Below, in pieces: positions 29,950-42,000 of a stretch of 64,000 nt of DNA (position 1 is the stretch's first letter; every line of letters begins with the position of its first letter). The translations under genes were made by a program, and so were the position numbers. Under the pieces are notes generated by a model. It saw only the letters and a list, made by a program, of their open reading frames with translations. It was not told the origin of the DNA and ran no database searches. This stretch comes from a virus (lineage: Duplodnaviria > Caudoviricetes), in IMG/VR virus record IMGVR_UViG_3300033463_000005, positions 32,001 through 96,000 of that record, one strand, 5' to 3'.

Positions 29950-32900
29950 ATGGCAAGATTTTTAGGATATGCAAATCATATCTGGAAAGAACATCAATCC
30001 TTCACATATACCGGTGTACCACAATCTTTCACATTACAACCCGGCACATATTTGTTGACATGTGGTGGTGCACAAGGTGGGCATACATTTGCTGCTGATA
30101 GTGGTGATGATACAACCCGCACAACAGGTATTGGTGGTGTTTCATATGGTATCATTCAATTGAATGAATCAAAAACACTACAAGCATATGTGGGTGGGGA
30201 TGGTGAGAATAGTTATGCAGCAACACGTACATATGGGCGTGGTGGCTGGAATGGTGGTGGAGATGGTGCTCCATCTTATCATGCATTAAATACATCACCA
30301 ACTTATCCATATGATTTTGGTGCAGGTGGTGGCGGTGCATCTGATATTCGTTTATTATCTGAAGATGATGTGCCCGTTACATTTCAACCAACATTACCAG
30401 ATGAATATCAACAAGTTGAATACTTGGATACAACAAATGTGACCCAATATTTGAATACTGGTTGGACACCCACTTCAACTGATACTATCGAGACAAAAAT
30501 ATCATTTGCATCTGATATCGCATCTTCACAATCTGTATGCGGTGTGAATGTACCTTCATCAGTATGGAATTTCAATATTAAAAATGAAACAATTGCGACA
30601 ACAGATCCATTGATTCCAAATATGACATCTAACTCTGATCAGATTGGTATCATCACATATGGTGGTGGATACTGTTATGGTTCATTTGGATATATTGAAC
30701 CATGGAATGCATTCGATGGTAATACATCAACAAGTGTATATTATAAAGATTATGATGTGACAAATGGTTGGTTACAATATGAATTCCGAACTGCAAAATC
30801 GATTGCAACAATTGTTGCAAGAATGAGCAGTAGTTCAGGTCCAACAGACGTTTCATTATATGTATATGATGAAAATGATACGGAAACATTGATTGAAACA
30901 AAATCCATTTCATCAACAGCAGACTATACATTTACATTGAATCAAATCGTAAAACGATTTAAATTTGTATATGGATATTCATCATGGAATCAGAATTGTT
31001 TCACATATACTGTGCAAGCATATGCAATGACAGATATGATTCAACCAATGGTTCAGAATATTTATGGCTCTGGAACGGCATCATTTATAAATACTGGCAT
31101 TCCCGCAAATACACCCGCAATTTACAAGATAACACCAACCAACATAGTCGTTGATGATATTACTGTTGATACCGAAACGACAACTGGTTCTGTTGCAAAT
31201 TCACCAATGGGACTATTTGCAACACGTTCAAATGATTCACCCGCGGTATATTCCAATCCATTCCATGGTAAGTTATACTTCTTCCGGGCTATCAGTTATA
31301 AAACGAATGCTCAATTTGTATGTGATCCCGGGTTTTATTTCGATTCCCCTGTATCATGTGTCATTGCTGGACGAACTTTTACATCCACTGGAACTTCACC
31401 AATTATTGCATTCGTTGTTCATATGAATGGATATAGTGCAATGCAAATTATATCTACTGATCGTAATAGTGTGCAATATACATGTTCATTTGGATCAAAT
31501 AATATTGTTAACGCATCAGTTGAATATAAAGGGATGACATTTTATTGGGGTGACATAGATTATTCAATGGAGGGTGAATATTATGATGATTCATCTGGAA
31601 ATTTGCAAACCTATCCTGGATCACTCGAATATTCATCTGGTGCCACACCATCTGCAATTTTACAAGTATTGGAATCATTGCATGTCAAACCCGCGTCAGA
31701 TGAGAATATAAAAAAATGTGAATTGATTCCTTGTTATCGAAAATCTGATCATGTTCCTGGAATGTATGACACTGTATCTGAACAATTTATCACGGGTGAA
31801 GTATTTGGTGTTACATTTGGAATTGGTCCAGAAGGAACATATGAAATCCCCATACCACTATCACAAACTACTGAATCATATCAACATAAACAGTCATTGT
31901 TATCTCGTATCATTGTTGCAGGTGGTGCTGGTGGTGGTTCTAAATGCGCAGGAAATGCAGCTGTTGATTATAATCGACCTGATATTTGCAACTATGGTGG
32001 TGGTATTGTTGGTAGTCCATATATTTCTAAAAATGATACTACCAAAAATCTTGTTCAAGCAACACAATCATCTGGATATGGATTTGGTATTGGTGAAATC
32101 GCCGTATATCCATCTTCTTCAAGTACAACAGGTTCATCTGGTGGTGGTGGCGGTTGGTATGGTGGTTACACCACATCACCTGCATTGAGCATTAGTTATG
32201 CATCATCACCCGGAAGTGGTGGTTCTGGATATGTGTTGACAAGTTCCTCGTATAAACCAGACGGTTATATTCCAAATTCTGATTTCTATATGACACATGC
32301 ACTGACATTGGGTAATCGTGCAGAATCTGCATTTGTAAAGATTTATAAACTCGATGATGTTGCAAATTTGAATCATGATGATGTAATTGAATTTCCATCC
32401 GTTGGACATTCTGAAACAATTGCATTGAATCCTGGCACATATACAATGAAATGTTGGGGTGCCGATGGTGGTGCATCTTATAATGTTACGGATGGTGGAC
32501 GTGGTGGATACGCTGAAGGAAAAGTATTATTCCAAAATATTGAGAATCTTCAAATATCTACCGGTGGTTCTGGTATTGGTGATATGATGTCACAGATGTT
32601 ACCATCATTCCCAGACATGTACTACAATGGTGGTGGTGTGTCATCAGACTATACATTATCTGCATCTGTCCATGGTGGTGGAGGCGGTGGCGCATCGGAT
32701 GTACGTGTGATCACTTCGCTAGAACCAACTGAAATTTCCGATGTTCGTGTATTACCAGATACATTCCAAGCAATTGAATATATCGAATTCGATGGTCATC
32801 AATATTATGATACTGGATTTTATGCGCAATATGATTGTTCTATGGAATCCGATATTATGATGACAGATGCTTCAATTGCAGTGGGCAATTCATGGTTAAC

Positions 32901-34311
32901 AATCATGAGTGGCGGTAGAGCAAATGAAAACAATGAATTTGGAATGTATATCAATCCAAAATATAGTGGTACAACACGTTTTTCATTTCATTATAATAAT
33001 AGATATTCCGACAATGCTTGGGCATGGAGTAAAGATATTAAATACAATATCAAGATAACATATAATCGTGTAGTGTTTAATCATACATTTAGTGCAACAT
33101 TAGATGCTGTCACATCAAGTTCAAATAATAGTTCAGTGTGTATCGGTGTTCGAAATACAAATGCAAATCAAACAAAACAAATATATTTCATTGGTAAAAT
33201 CTATGAATGTAAAATTTGGAAAGGTGTTGAACTGGTTTTCTATGGAATTCCATGTATTGAAATTGAATCAGAAAAAATTGGTTATTATGATTTAATTTCA
33301 GAAACATTCATTGAGAATTCTGGAACAACTGATCCAGTTGCTGGTAATCCAACAGGTCAAACTGTATTTCCAATTGTTGATAAATTCGACAATGATGCAA
33401 CATTGAATGCACGATTGATTGTTGCTGGCGGTGGTGGAGGATGTGGAACTATACCAGGATTGGTAGGTGGAGCTGGCGGTGGATTAACTGGTGGATCTCC
33501 AGTTGGCGGTTCATATGGTTCCACGCCAGGACCTGGAACACAAACAGAATCTCCGCAAAGTGCATCTTATCCAATCATCAATGGTGGATTTGGTTATGGT
33601 GGAAATGCCGGATCAAATGCATCTGGATATGCCGGTGGTGCCGGTGGTGGAGGATGGTATGGTGGATCTGGAACATATCCTTCTACAAATAAGGCATCCG
33701 AAAAAGGTGGATGTGGCGGTTCTGGATTTGTATTATCCGAAACATCAATTGGAGATACTCCTGAAGGATATCTGTTGAATGAAAATTATTTCATGACAGA
33801 TGTTACATTGACACAAGGTGGAAATGATTTAACACGTGGATTGGCCAAGGTGGAAATTGTTGTAGATCAAATCTCCAAAGTCAAATTTCTATGTAAAGAT
33901 GAACAAGGTGTCAAACGATTCAATCCGGAATTAAACCGTTGGGTTTTCTTAGCTGGAACTGTTTCAGTGGAGTTGTTTGAAACGTATGGATCTCTATTAT
34001 TTGATACAGATGCTGGATTATTAGATGATTATGAAATTCTAATGTATGATCCAGATGATAGTGTTGAAAGTATGGACTTTGACGTTGTTCCACCAGCACA
34101 GCATATCGTGTGTGATGATTTGACAAAGATATTGATCGATCGTATTGTATCAGATACAGATTATGATCCATCATTGTATGATGTGGAATTTACGGTTACA
34201 CGTGAACCGCGCGGTGCAATGACAAAGGTCCATACCGATTTGATGATCAATAAGAAACAAGCAACCGAGAAAACACCAAAGGTTTATTCGGTATCGTTCT
34301 TTACCAAATAA
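29950..34311 (+). CDS. Glycine-rich tail fibre/receptor-binding protein with LamG-like and discoidin-like inserts
   Basis: Two glycine-rich units (GAQGG/GADGG...GGGGASDIR...RIIVAGG...GGGGWYGG...GGSG); PWNAFDGN discoidin-like segment; two EY..QY..TG...IPC...G.YD modules. Confidence 0.75.
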   Translation: MARFLGYANHIWKEHQSFTYTGVPQSFTLQPGTYLLTCGGAQGGHTFAADSGDDTTRTTGIGGVSYGIIQLNESKTLQAYVGGDGENSYAATRTYGRGGWNGGGDGAPSYHALNTSPTYPYDFGAGGGGASDIRLLSEDDVPVTFQPTLPDEYQQVEYLDTTNVTQYLNTGWTPTSTDTIETKISFASDIASSQSVCGVNVPSSVWNFNIKNETIATTDPLIPNMTSNSDQIGIITYGGGYCYGSFGYIEPWNAFDGNTSTSVYYKDYDVTNGWLQYEFRTAKSIATIVARMSSSSGPTDVSLYVYDENDTETLIETKSISSTADYTFTLNQIVKRFKFVYGYSSWNQNCFTYTVQAYAMTDMIQPMVQNIYGSGTASFINTGIPANTPAIYKITPTNIVVDDITVDTETTTGSVANSPMGLFATRSNDSPAVYSNPFHGKLYFFRAISYKTNAQFVCDPGFYFDSPVSCVIAGRTFTSTGTSPIIAFVVHMNGYSAMQIISTDRNSVQYTCSFGSNNIVNASVEYKGMTFYWGDIDYSMEGEYYDDSSGNLQTYPGSLEYSSGATPSAILQVLESLHVKPASDENIKKCELIPCYRKSDHVPGMYDTVSEQFITGEVFGVTFGIGPEGTYEIPIPLSQTTESYQHKQSLLSRIIVAGGAGGGSKCAGNAAVDYNRPDICNYGGGIVGSPYISKNDTTKNLVQATQSSGYGFGIGEIAVYPSSSSTTGSSGGGGGWYGGYTTSPALSISYASSPGSGGSGYVLTSSSYKPDGYIPNSDFYMTHALTLGNRAESAFVKIYKLDDVANLNHDDVIEFPSVGHSETIALNPGTYTMKCWGADGGASYNVTDGGRGGYAEGKVLFQNIENLQISTGGSGIGDMMSQMLPSFPDMYYNGGGVSSDYTLSASVHGGGGGGASDVRVITSLEPTEISDVRVLPDTFQAIEYIEFDGHQYYDTGFYAQYDCSMESDIMMTDASIAVGNSWLTIMSGGRANENNEFGMYINPKYSGTTRFSFHYNNRYSDNAWAWSKDIKYNIKITYNRVVFNHTFSATLDAVTSSSNNSSVCIGVRNTNANQTKQIYFIGKIYECKIWKGVELVFYGIPCIEIESEKIGYYDLISETFIENSGTTDPVAGNPTGQTVFPIVDKFDNDATLNARLIVAGGGGGCGTIPGLVGGAGGGLTGGSPVGGSYGSTPGPGTQTESPQSASYPIINGGFGYGGNAGSNASGYAGGAGGGGWYGGSGTYPSTNKASEKGGCGGSGFVLSETSIGDTPEGYLLNENYFMTDVTLTQGGNDLTRGLAKVEIVVDQISKVKFLCKDEQGVKRFNPELNRWVFLAGTVSVELFETYGSLLFDTDAGLLDDYEILMYDPDDSVESMDFDVVPPAQHIVCDDLTKILIDRIVSDTDYDPSLYDVEFTVTREPRGAMTKVHTDLMINKKQATEKTPKVYSVSFFTK

Positions 34312-34330
34312 TGAAAGTAGAGGTGAAACC

Positions 34331-35905
34331 ATGAGTTTACATCTCATACCGGTGAAAACGGGAAGCGAACAGTTTCCCGTTTTCTACCAAAACTATTTAC
34401 CCAGTGCAGATAATTCATTAACATATGCAACTACGGTTGCACATAAGACACTATATACCGCCAGTGTACTACGTGCCAGTATTCTCACAGAACAACCAAT
34501 CTTGACTGAAGGAAGTATTAATGGTACAAGTGGACAAGATATTGTGGTGACAGATGATACGCGTTATCGAACAGATTATATTCCATTGAATGCCGGTTCA
34601 TATCGCTTATCATGGATATTCCGTGCGGGTGCATCCGGTTCATCAGCATGGGTATTTAAATATGATTCAAATCATAATTTCATTGAGCGTGTTGGTAACA
34701 GTGGTTCTACCATGACATTCACAACATCTGTCAACGGATATATTCGAATTGTGTGGTATTATAATGGTTCTGCATTCTATTCATCCGATATTCATGATAT
34801 TACATTGACAAATTCCGCAACAAATGGCACAAGTTGTTATGTATATGCATTGAATTTATTGACATGGAATCGTCGATTGATGGGTATCATTCCATATACA
34901 CAAATTGATTCTCGTTCAATTGGATCCATTCTTGTAGATGATAATTTTGTATATTTGTCATCGATATCCAATGCAACAAAGATTTACAAATTCAAATTAT
35001 CTGATTTGAGTTTTGTAGAATCATATACATATGCAGCATCAACTGGTCCAAATGCATATGGAAAAATGCAATGGGTAAATGATCATACAATCTGTATGGC
35101 ATATGTAAATGGATTTATCTTTTTTGACACATCGACAAATCAATTCACATATGCAGATTCCGGAGCATCATATGCAATTCAAGATTTTGCAGTTGGTACG
35201 AATTGTATTGTAGGTTGCCGAAATTCAACCGGTTCAAATTGTATCATGATATATGATATGACATTACAGACATTTTCATATTTATCACCGACATCAACAA
35301 ATCAATGTGTTGTATGTTATGATTCTGGAAAATTCTATATTGCAAATGCTGCATATTTGTATATCATGGACGAATCAACTGAATTGATTGATCGAACATT
35401 GGTTATGTCATGGACACGTCCAAGAAACATTTGCATTACCAATCAAACTGTATTTGTTGCATGCACATCTAGTGAGCGTTTGTTCATATATGATATTGAA
35501 CACGAGGTACATTCATCCACATATTTACAGTGGACGGTGAGTGATTTTGCTTCTTCATATACCGATGTCCCGTCGTCATTCAATGGATGGTACTTTTATC
35601 AAAAACAAACATTGTTGATGTTGCATGATCCTGGTTATTCCAAATATAACTTTGGACCAAAGATGGATTCACTCGGAATCATGTATAATCTCAGCACAGC
35701 AAATCATTTCACATATGATCATTCATGTATTGAATTTCATGATACATATGTGACGATACATGATAAAACAATTACCAAATCAGCAGCTGAATATGATTCA
35801 GAAAATCACATCAAACGTATTATTATGAATAAATCGGAATACAATGTCATGAAGAAATCCAAAATCAATTATCATCAAGAGGAAGGAGATGATAACCATG
35901 AATGA
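34331..35905 (+). CDS. Virion structural protein, beta-propeller-like
   Basis: Beta-rich, repetitive S/T/Y composition; lies in the tail fibre operon. Confidence 0.65.
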   Translation: MSLHLIPVKTGSEQFPVFYQNYLPSADNSLTYATTVAHKTLYTASVLRASILTEQPILTEGSINGTSGQDIVVTDDTRYRTDYIPLNAGSYRLSWIFRAGASGSSAWVFKYDSNHNFIERVGNSGSTMTFTTSVNGYIRIVWYYNGSAFYSSDIHDITLTNSATNGTSCYVYALNLLTWNRRLMGIIPYTQIDSRSIGSILVDDNFVYLSSISNATKIYKFKLSDLSFVESYTYAASTGPNAYGKMQWVNDHTICMAYVNGFIFFDTSTNQFTYADSGASYAIQDFAVGTNCIVGCRNSTGSNCIMIYDMTLQTFSYLSPTSTNQCVVCYDSGKFYIANAAYLYIMDESTELIDRTLVMSWTRPRNICITNQTVFVACTSSERLFIYDIEHEVHSSTYLQWTVSDFASSYTDVPSSFNGWYFYQKQTLLMLHDPGYSKYNFGPKMDSLGIMYNLSTANHFTYDHSCIEFHDTYVTIHDKTITKSAAEYDSENHIKRIIMNKSEYNVMKKSKINYHQEEGDDNHE

Positions 35906-38507
35906 AGTTGATCTGAAATATCAACGTGCGATGGACTTTGCAAAAAATTACCAAGCAAACCATCATGCACTTGGAATGTCAAATGTATATGTTTTGCAAA
36001 CTGTTGATGAGGCAGGGAATGTCACAGGTGAATATTATGGTATGAATGCATTTACCGATTATGGTATGACAACATATTTTAATTCTGGAAATCCGAGTTT
36101 TGCAACGAATGTTTACATTGGAAATGGTGTTGGAACTATCACAGTTGCATCCAATGCATTATTTGCTGCTGTAACATCCAATCCCGCAACGGTATCAAAT
36201 TCTACAAAGAATTATGCATATCCATTATATTATGCACGTGAGACAGGTTTGATTACATGTACATGTCAATTCCTTGTTGCATATTTTGATTATAATGTAA
36301 ATTCATCACCATGGACGATTTCAGAATATGGAATTGGCACAGGTATCAATGCATTATGGACACATTCATGGGTATATGATAATTTGGGCAGAACGGTTAC
36401 AATTACCAAATTGCCCAATGAAAGATTGTATATCACCGTGTACATGTGTTTATCATACAATGAACAACTGATCAATGATGCATGGACACAACACAAACAT
36501 ATTGTGATTACAACCATGCAACGATTCTTTGATCATATGGATGTCAATACATCATCTGGTGTAAAAACATTTAAACGATATAATGCAACATATAACCGCG
36601 CATCAACAAGAACCCGTTCGTCATTTGACCAAACGAATCATGCATTCACGAATTATCAAAATTTAACTGAATTTACATTCTCAACAGGAACAACAGATGA
36701 AGTTGGATATATGGATGGTATTGCAGAATATACAACCGGTTTCTTAATGTTGGAACGGGAGACAAATCCAACTGCAGAAAATATTTCTACAGTATTATCT
36801 CCATATACGAGCAAGATTACCGAAAACGATGCATTTGCATATAATTTCGGTGATAAGAATCGGCAACCATTTACGCAAGTAGATATTTCAAAATCATATA
36901 CATTTGACCATCTAACTGGTCAATATGATTCTGAAGAAACATTCACACAAACGGCAAATAAATGGTATACCGAAACACCGATGTCAACTGCATTTGCAAT
37001 GCCAATTTACCATACAACAAACAATACGGTTCAAACAATGTATGTGTATCAAAACTTGCAAACGGATGATCCAATTCTTGCAATTCGTGGTAATCATACA
37101 ACGGTATACGCAACCGACAAATATTGGGATACCACAGCATGGACATTCATATCCAATCTGACCGATATTCCTGTATCAGAACGAAATCGAAAGTATTGGA
37201 TTTCAGGATCGAATGTAGATAATTTGGATCCATTACGTGGAAACCCGCCATACAAAGTTGGACCTGAAGATGGTCGTGTATTAGGATTTACCCAATCATT
37301 CAATTCTGGTATTCGAGATGCATGTGCATCGAAAAATGGAAATTACTTTGTCATCGATAATTATGTATTTGACATGACAAGATTATCCCGTGTTACAATT
37401 GATTCCACAACAGGATTGGCCTATACACGTTCTTATGTTATGGATGATAATGATGTAAAAATCATTTATACGATTCATTCAAATGGAACACAATATGTCG
37501 TGACAACATATGATTCTGTATTGCAACAATGGAACACGACAAATCAAACGACACCATCAAGTGGATTGGTCACAAATCTGTGGAATTGTTATATGACACA
37601 TAATATCGCTCCTACATCCGGAGATGCATGTTTGTGTTCAATAGGCACATCTGGTGTTGCTGGCGATGATAATATTTTTGAAATGGTCATTGGTGATGGC
37701 ACCACATCCTATTTCAAAAAGAATTGTGTGACTGGTTGTGTTGTACATGGAACAGAAAATCATATTGCATTGATTATGTCAGCAACAGATCATGTGATTG
37801 ATTATTATTCCGATTTGTCATCATCACCAATCAAACAGTTCACAATTCCATCCGGGGCCGCAACCCCGAAATGGATATGTGGATATGAGAAATGGTTGTA
37901 TGTGACAGATGGTGCAACGTACATGTATGTGATTGATACTGTCAATGAAACTGTCAATGCATGTGACGCATATATTCCATGGAATTCGAATTTTTATAAG
38001 ATTCGATTTACTGCAACGGATGATTGCATGATTGCATATCGATATGATGATACCCATATGCAATATGGATATTTGATGCGTGCTGATAATCCAACACATA
38101 TTGTGACAATGTCTGCAATGGATTCAGGAGTATCTTCAAAATCGACTGGTTGTTCATATGAGCTATATAAACACAATGGGACGGATATTCTATTATATCA
38201 AATCGGATATTCTTCTAATTATTCTACGATACCATATGTGTTTGATTTTTCACATTGGATGTATGATGGAACAATTCAAAAGATTACATTGGATACTTCA
38301 TCAACCAGATGTGTGTTGATTGGTTCATTGTTGGGTCGTCAAAATACATTGTCAAAGATTGTGAATTATATTCCACATAAAATTACTGGTACAACCAACA
38401 CGATTACAGCAATTAACAACATCAAGAATATCCGTGGAAAACAATGGAGTATCACATACACGAATACACCATCATTCAATGGATTACCACCTGGCGTATT
38501 ACAATGA
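35898..38507 (+). CDS. Tail fibre/baseplate-associated protein (paralog A)
   Basis: Shares blocks with the 39066 protein: QT.D..GN.T, MN..TD.G, ETG.I, TITK..NERL, DKYWDT..WT, PH.ITGTT.TI. Confidence 0.7.
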   Translation: MNEVDLKYQRAMDFAKNYQANHHALGMSNVYVLQTVDEAGNVTGEYYGMNAFTDYGMTTYFNSGNPSFATNVYIGNGVGTITVASNALFAAVTSNPATVSNSTKNYAYPLYYARETGLITCTCQFLVAYFDYNVNSSPWTISEYGIGTGINALWTHSWVYDNLGRTVTITKLPNERLYITVYMCLSYNEQLINDAWTQHKHIVITTMQRFFDHMDVNTSSGVKTFKRYNATYNRASTRTRSSFDQTNHAFTNYQNLTEFTFSTGTTDEVGYMDGIAEYTTGFLMLERETNPTAENISTVLSPYTSKITENDAFAYNFGDKNRQPFTQVDISKSYTFDHLTGQYDSEETFTQTANKWYTETPMSTAFAMPIYHTTNNTVQTMYVYQNLQTDDPILAIRGNHTTVYATDKYWDTTAWTFISNLTDIPVSERNRKYWISGSNVDNLDPLRGNPPYKVGPEDGRVLGFTQSFNSGIRDACASKNGNYFVIDNYVFDMTRLSRVTIDSTTGLAYTRSYVMDDNDVKIIYTIHSNGTQYVVTTYDSVLQQWNTTNQTTPSSGLVTNLWNCYMTHNIAPTSGDACLCSIGTSGVAGDDNIFEMVIGDGTTSYFKKNCVTGCVVHGTENHIALIMSATDHVIDYYSDLSSSPIKQFTIPSGAATPKWICGYEKWLYVTDGATYMYVIDTVNETVNACDAYIPWNSNFYKIRFTATDDCMIAYRYDDTHMQYGYLMRADNPTHIVTMSAMDSGVSSKSTGCSYELYKHNGTDILLYQIGYSSNYSTIPYVFDFSHWMYDGTIQKITLDTSSTRCVLIGSLLGRQNTLSKIVNYIPHKITGTTNTITAINNIKNIRGKQWSITYTNTPSFNGLPPGVLQ

Positions 38508-38522
38508 TTGGGGTGTTGATAT

Positions 38523-39059
38523 ATGGCTGACTATTACAGAAGTAAAGAAGTTTATAAACAACATCACAATTTAGAACATGAGTCCACGATCATTCCTGTT
38601 CGTGGACTCTATGTGTCTGGTACACACCTTGAAGCTGTGTATGAAGACCATGTTATTACTGTGACTGGATTCACATCTTCGCCATTGGAATTCTATGATT
38701 ATACAACAAAGACCATCAATATGCAAACAGAATCTGCATATAGAATATTGGATGTATTCTGTGCAGATGACGGTGTTACAATGGTGGATTATACACAAAG
38801 ATCTCAAAATCTACAAACAGAATCAGCATATAGAATATTGGATGTATTCTGTGTAGATGATGGTGTCACGTTGGTTGATTTTGAATCTAAAACAATCAAT
38901 CTACAAACAGAATCAGCATATAGGATACTGGATGTATTCTGTGTAGATGATGGTGTTACAATGGTGGATTACATTCAAACAAATCAATCATTTGGTCGGG
39001 AATCCGTTGTCACAGTATTAGATTTTACATCCAATGATTTAACGATTTCAGAGGGGTGA
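38523..39059 (+). CDS. Small repeat-containing virion protein
   Basis: Three 30-aa repeats, QTESAYRILDVFC.DDGVT.VD. Confidence 0.75.
   Translation: MADYYRSKEVYKQHHNLEHESTIIPVRGLYVSGTHLEAVYEDHVITVTGFTSSPLEFYDYTTKTINMQTESAYRILDVFCADDGVTMVDYTQRSQNLQTESAYRILDVFCVDDGVTLVDFESKTINLQTESAYRILDVFCVDDGVTMVDYIQTNQSFGRESVVTVLDFTSNDLTISEG
38718..38972 (+). repeat. Tandem 90-bp coding repeat, about 3 copies
   Basis: CAAACAGAATC at 38724, 38814 and 38904. Confidence 0.9.
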
Positions 39060-39065
39060 TGATAT

Positions 39066-42000
39066 ATGTACGAAAATACGCAATCTAACATGTTGCCAGA
39101 AGAATTGTCTCAATTTATTCATACTATAAATCAGAAGCATGAAAAAAATGAGATGTCTGCTGACTTAAGAAATATCTTCATGTTTCAAACAGAAGATATG
39201 GATGGAAATATTACAGATACAAAATTTGCAATGAATCTCATGACAGATGTCGGAACAATTTCCACAACATCAATTGGCGGTCAATTTCGTCTGTGTTATG
39301 CTGAAAATTATGTGCCTGCATATGATAAGGCGTATATTCAATCAACTGGTGATGATACTGGTTGGTTGGATATGAGCAATGCTTATACGTATTATCCAAT
39401 GACATTTGATTCAGAAACTGGCATGATTTCACAACGATATCGCGATTTTTCTTATACATGGGATTATAATATATCCGGATGGACTGCAGATAAAACTTTT
39501 AATATCATTGCATTGCGATGGTTGAGCGAAACTTTTAACAGTATTGGTGCAATTGCAAATATTGTCGATTCACACGGTGACCCATCAACAATTACAAAGA
39601 AATTAAATGAACGATTAACAGTATATAGCTTTCGTTCTACATCTATGCATGAAAGTGTGATTACACGTGCTTGGAATGATGGTGTATATCTCGCTATAAC
39701 ACCAAATAACTGTGTGATATCATATAACCATCGTGATTATCCATTACGTGGTATCAACTTTCAATTACAAAATGGAATCACAGATCAAAGTACATATTAT
39801 TACAATAATGGATCAGGTGATAATTATAAAACACCAACAAATTATCATCGTTTTTATTATCCAATATCGTGTTATGATAATCATACACCATATCCAATTA
39901 ATTCAAATTTACATAGTAATTATGAAATTAACCTAAGTGACAATCTCACTATAGAGGATCATCGATTATTTTGGTCCCAAGCATCGTGGTATAATAATGG
40001 TGATATAGATGAGAATATGTCTGCGTTTTATTTTATACACATGAATACAGCTGATGAAATTACAACAAATAATCGATTGAATTTGGTTTATACGGATTCT
40101 GATACAACTGGAACAATTGGAAATGCTTTCGGTAAATATGCAGTTGACACAACATATCAAAGAGGCGTTGTGCCAGTGACGGATTTCAATATGACCGATT
40201 CTAAAATGTTTAATTATCAAACGAAATCATGGGATATTCAAGATACATTTGTGAATAAACCAGATGCATGGTATGATGAAACATTGATTGGTTGGTGTAA
40301 ATCATTATGGATAACAGATCCAGATAATATATCAGAGTATTATTATGTGTATATTAATGCACGCCCAGACATTCCAATTACAAAACTAAATTATGATTCA
40401 CGTGCAAAAGTATATCTTGCCGATAAATATTGGGATACTTCAACATGGACACGTATTGTGAGCGGTACGATTCCCGCAGAATTACAATCAAAAAAATATT
40501 ATATCACAAATAATTATGGATATACTCCATATCCTGTTACACGTCAACAAGATGTTCATTCTATTACACCGTCTCATGCAAGATATAAAATTGCATCCAC
40601 ACCAGAATTTCCACAAAATACATCCAACACAGATTGGATACGGGTGAAACCAATTGCATCTGATACGTACAAATTCATTTTATCATATAAACATTTAATG
40701 TTTATTGATAATGGAGCTTGTGACGCATCATTTGAGTTAGTTGGTGATTCAGATAATCGTGAAATTGATGCTTACCAATTTAGATATCTATTTGGATCAA
40801 ATCTGCTTGTTGCACCACAACAGAATCCACACTTAGCTCAAAATAATGATTGTGGTGGTATTCCATATAATGTTCGTGTATATGACGTTTCAAACTATGG
40901 TGTTCAACCCACATATACGGATTTGACCATTCCAACTGATGTGTGTGATCAGCTTAAAAAGGGATACTATAGCAAATCAGAAAATGGATACATTGGTATG
41001 TGGGAGAGTGGTAATAACAAAGCAGCATTGATTGATATGAATCAATTTGCAATTGATCCTACAACATGTGTGAAACAATTTGACGATGTATTGTATTTTC
41101 ATGTTCAAGAATTCACCAATTATGCAATTTATTTCGTTGCCGGATCATCTCCTGCAAGATTGGTTGTTTACGATCTTTCAACAGATTCCGTTCTTCAAAC
41201 TTGTGATTATAATGGAGAATATGGTAATCAAATTTGGGGTATAATTGGTGCCAGTGATTATGTGTATATTCGCATATATTCAACCACTGATTCAGAATGG
41301 AGAACATTGTTGTATCGCATTTCAACAAATTCATATGAGTGGATGCTTAACAATGATTTGTATTTCCGTCAAAAATATAACGAAACAATTTATGACAATA
41401 ATAATGATAAATTGCGTCATGATGTTACAGCATTAAGTATTGTCTACCATCAGGATGGATTTGTATTAACACATGATACGTTATATAATAATAGTAGTGG
41501 GGGATATCCCGGCGGTACAAATAGTGAAATACAATACGTAACATTTGATACACCGACAACAGTTCGTAAATTGTTCTATAGTTCTCAGACATATGTTCCT
41601 GGTCGAAACACTTCACCTGGAAATACCTCAGCCGGTGGCGGACCAGAATCGTGGTATTTTTATAATGAAAATGGCACTTTTGTTTCAGGTGCACAAATTG
41701 TCGAAACACCAGCACATCAACTATTGTTGGTTGGAATATTTGGTGCATATCGCGAATATTACACATATATGACATCTTGTTACCGCCGTATCTGTTGTGC
41801 TGATTTGGGTTATGCATTTGCAAATAAATATACACTGAATCAATGTTATAATCATTTCCACAAATATGATTCCAAACTACAACCGGGTGATACAAGTTAT
41901 AATCGCAGCGGTGGCGCATGTTATTTTGATAATGGCATTGTATATATTGATGACGGTGGTGATTGTTATTGGAATCCACTTGAATACATGTTACCACATG

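Noticed and set aside
38718-38972. CRISPR array or DGR template/variable repeats
   Set aside because: The repeats are in-frame 90-bp coding units with mostly synonymous differences. There are no unique spacers, no adenine-specific pattern and no reverse transcriptase in the window.
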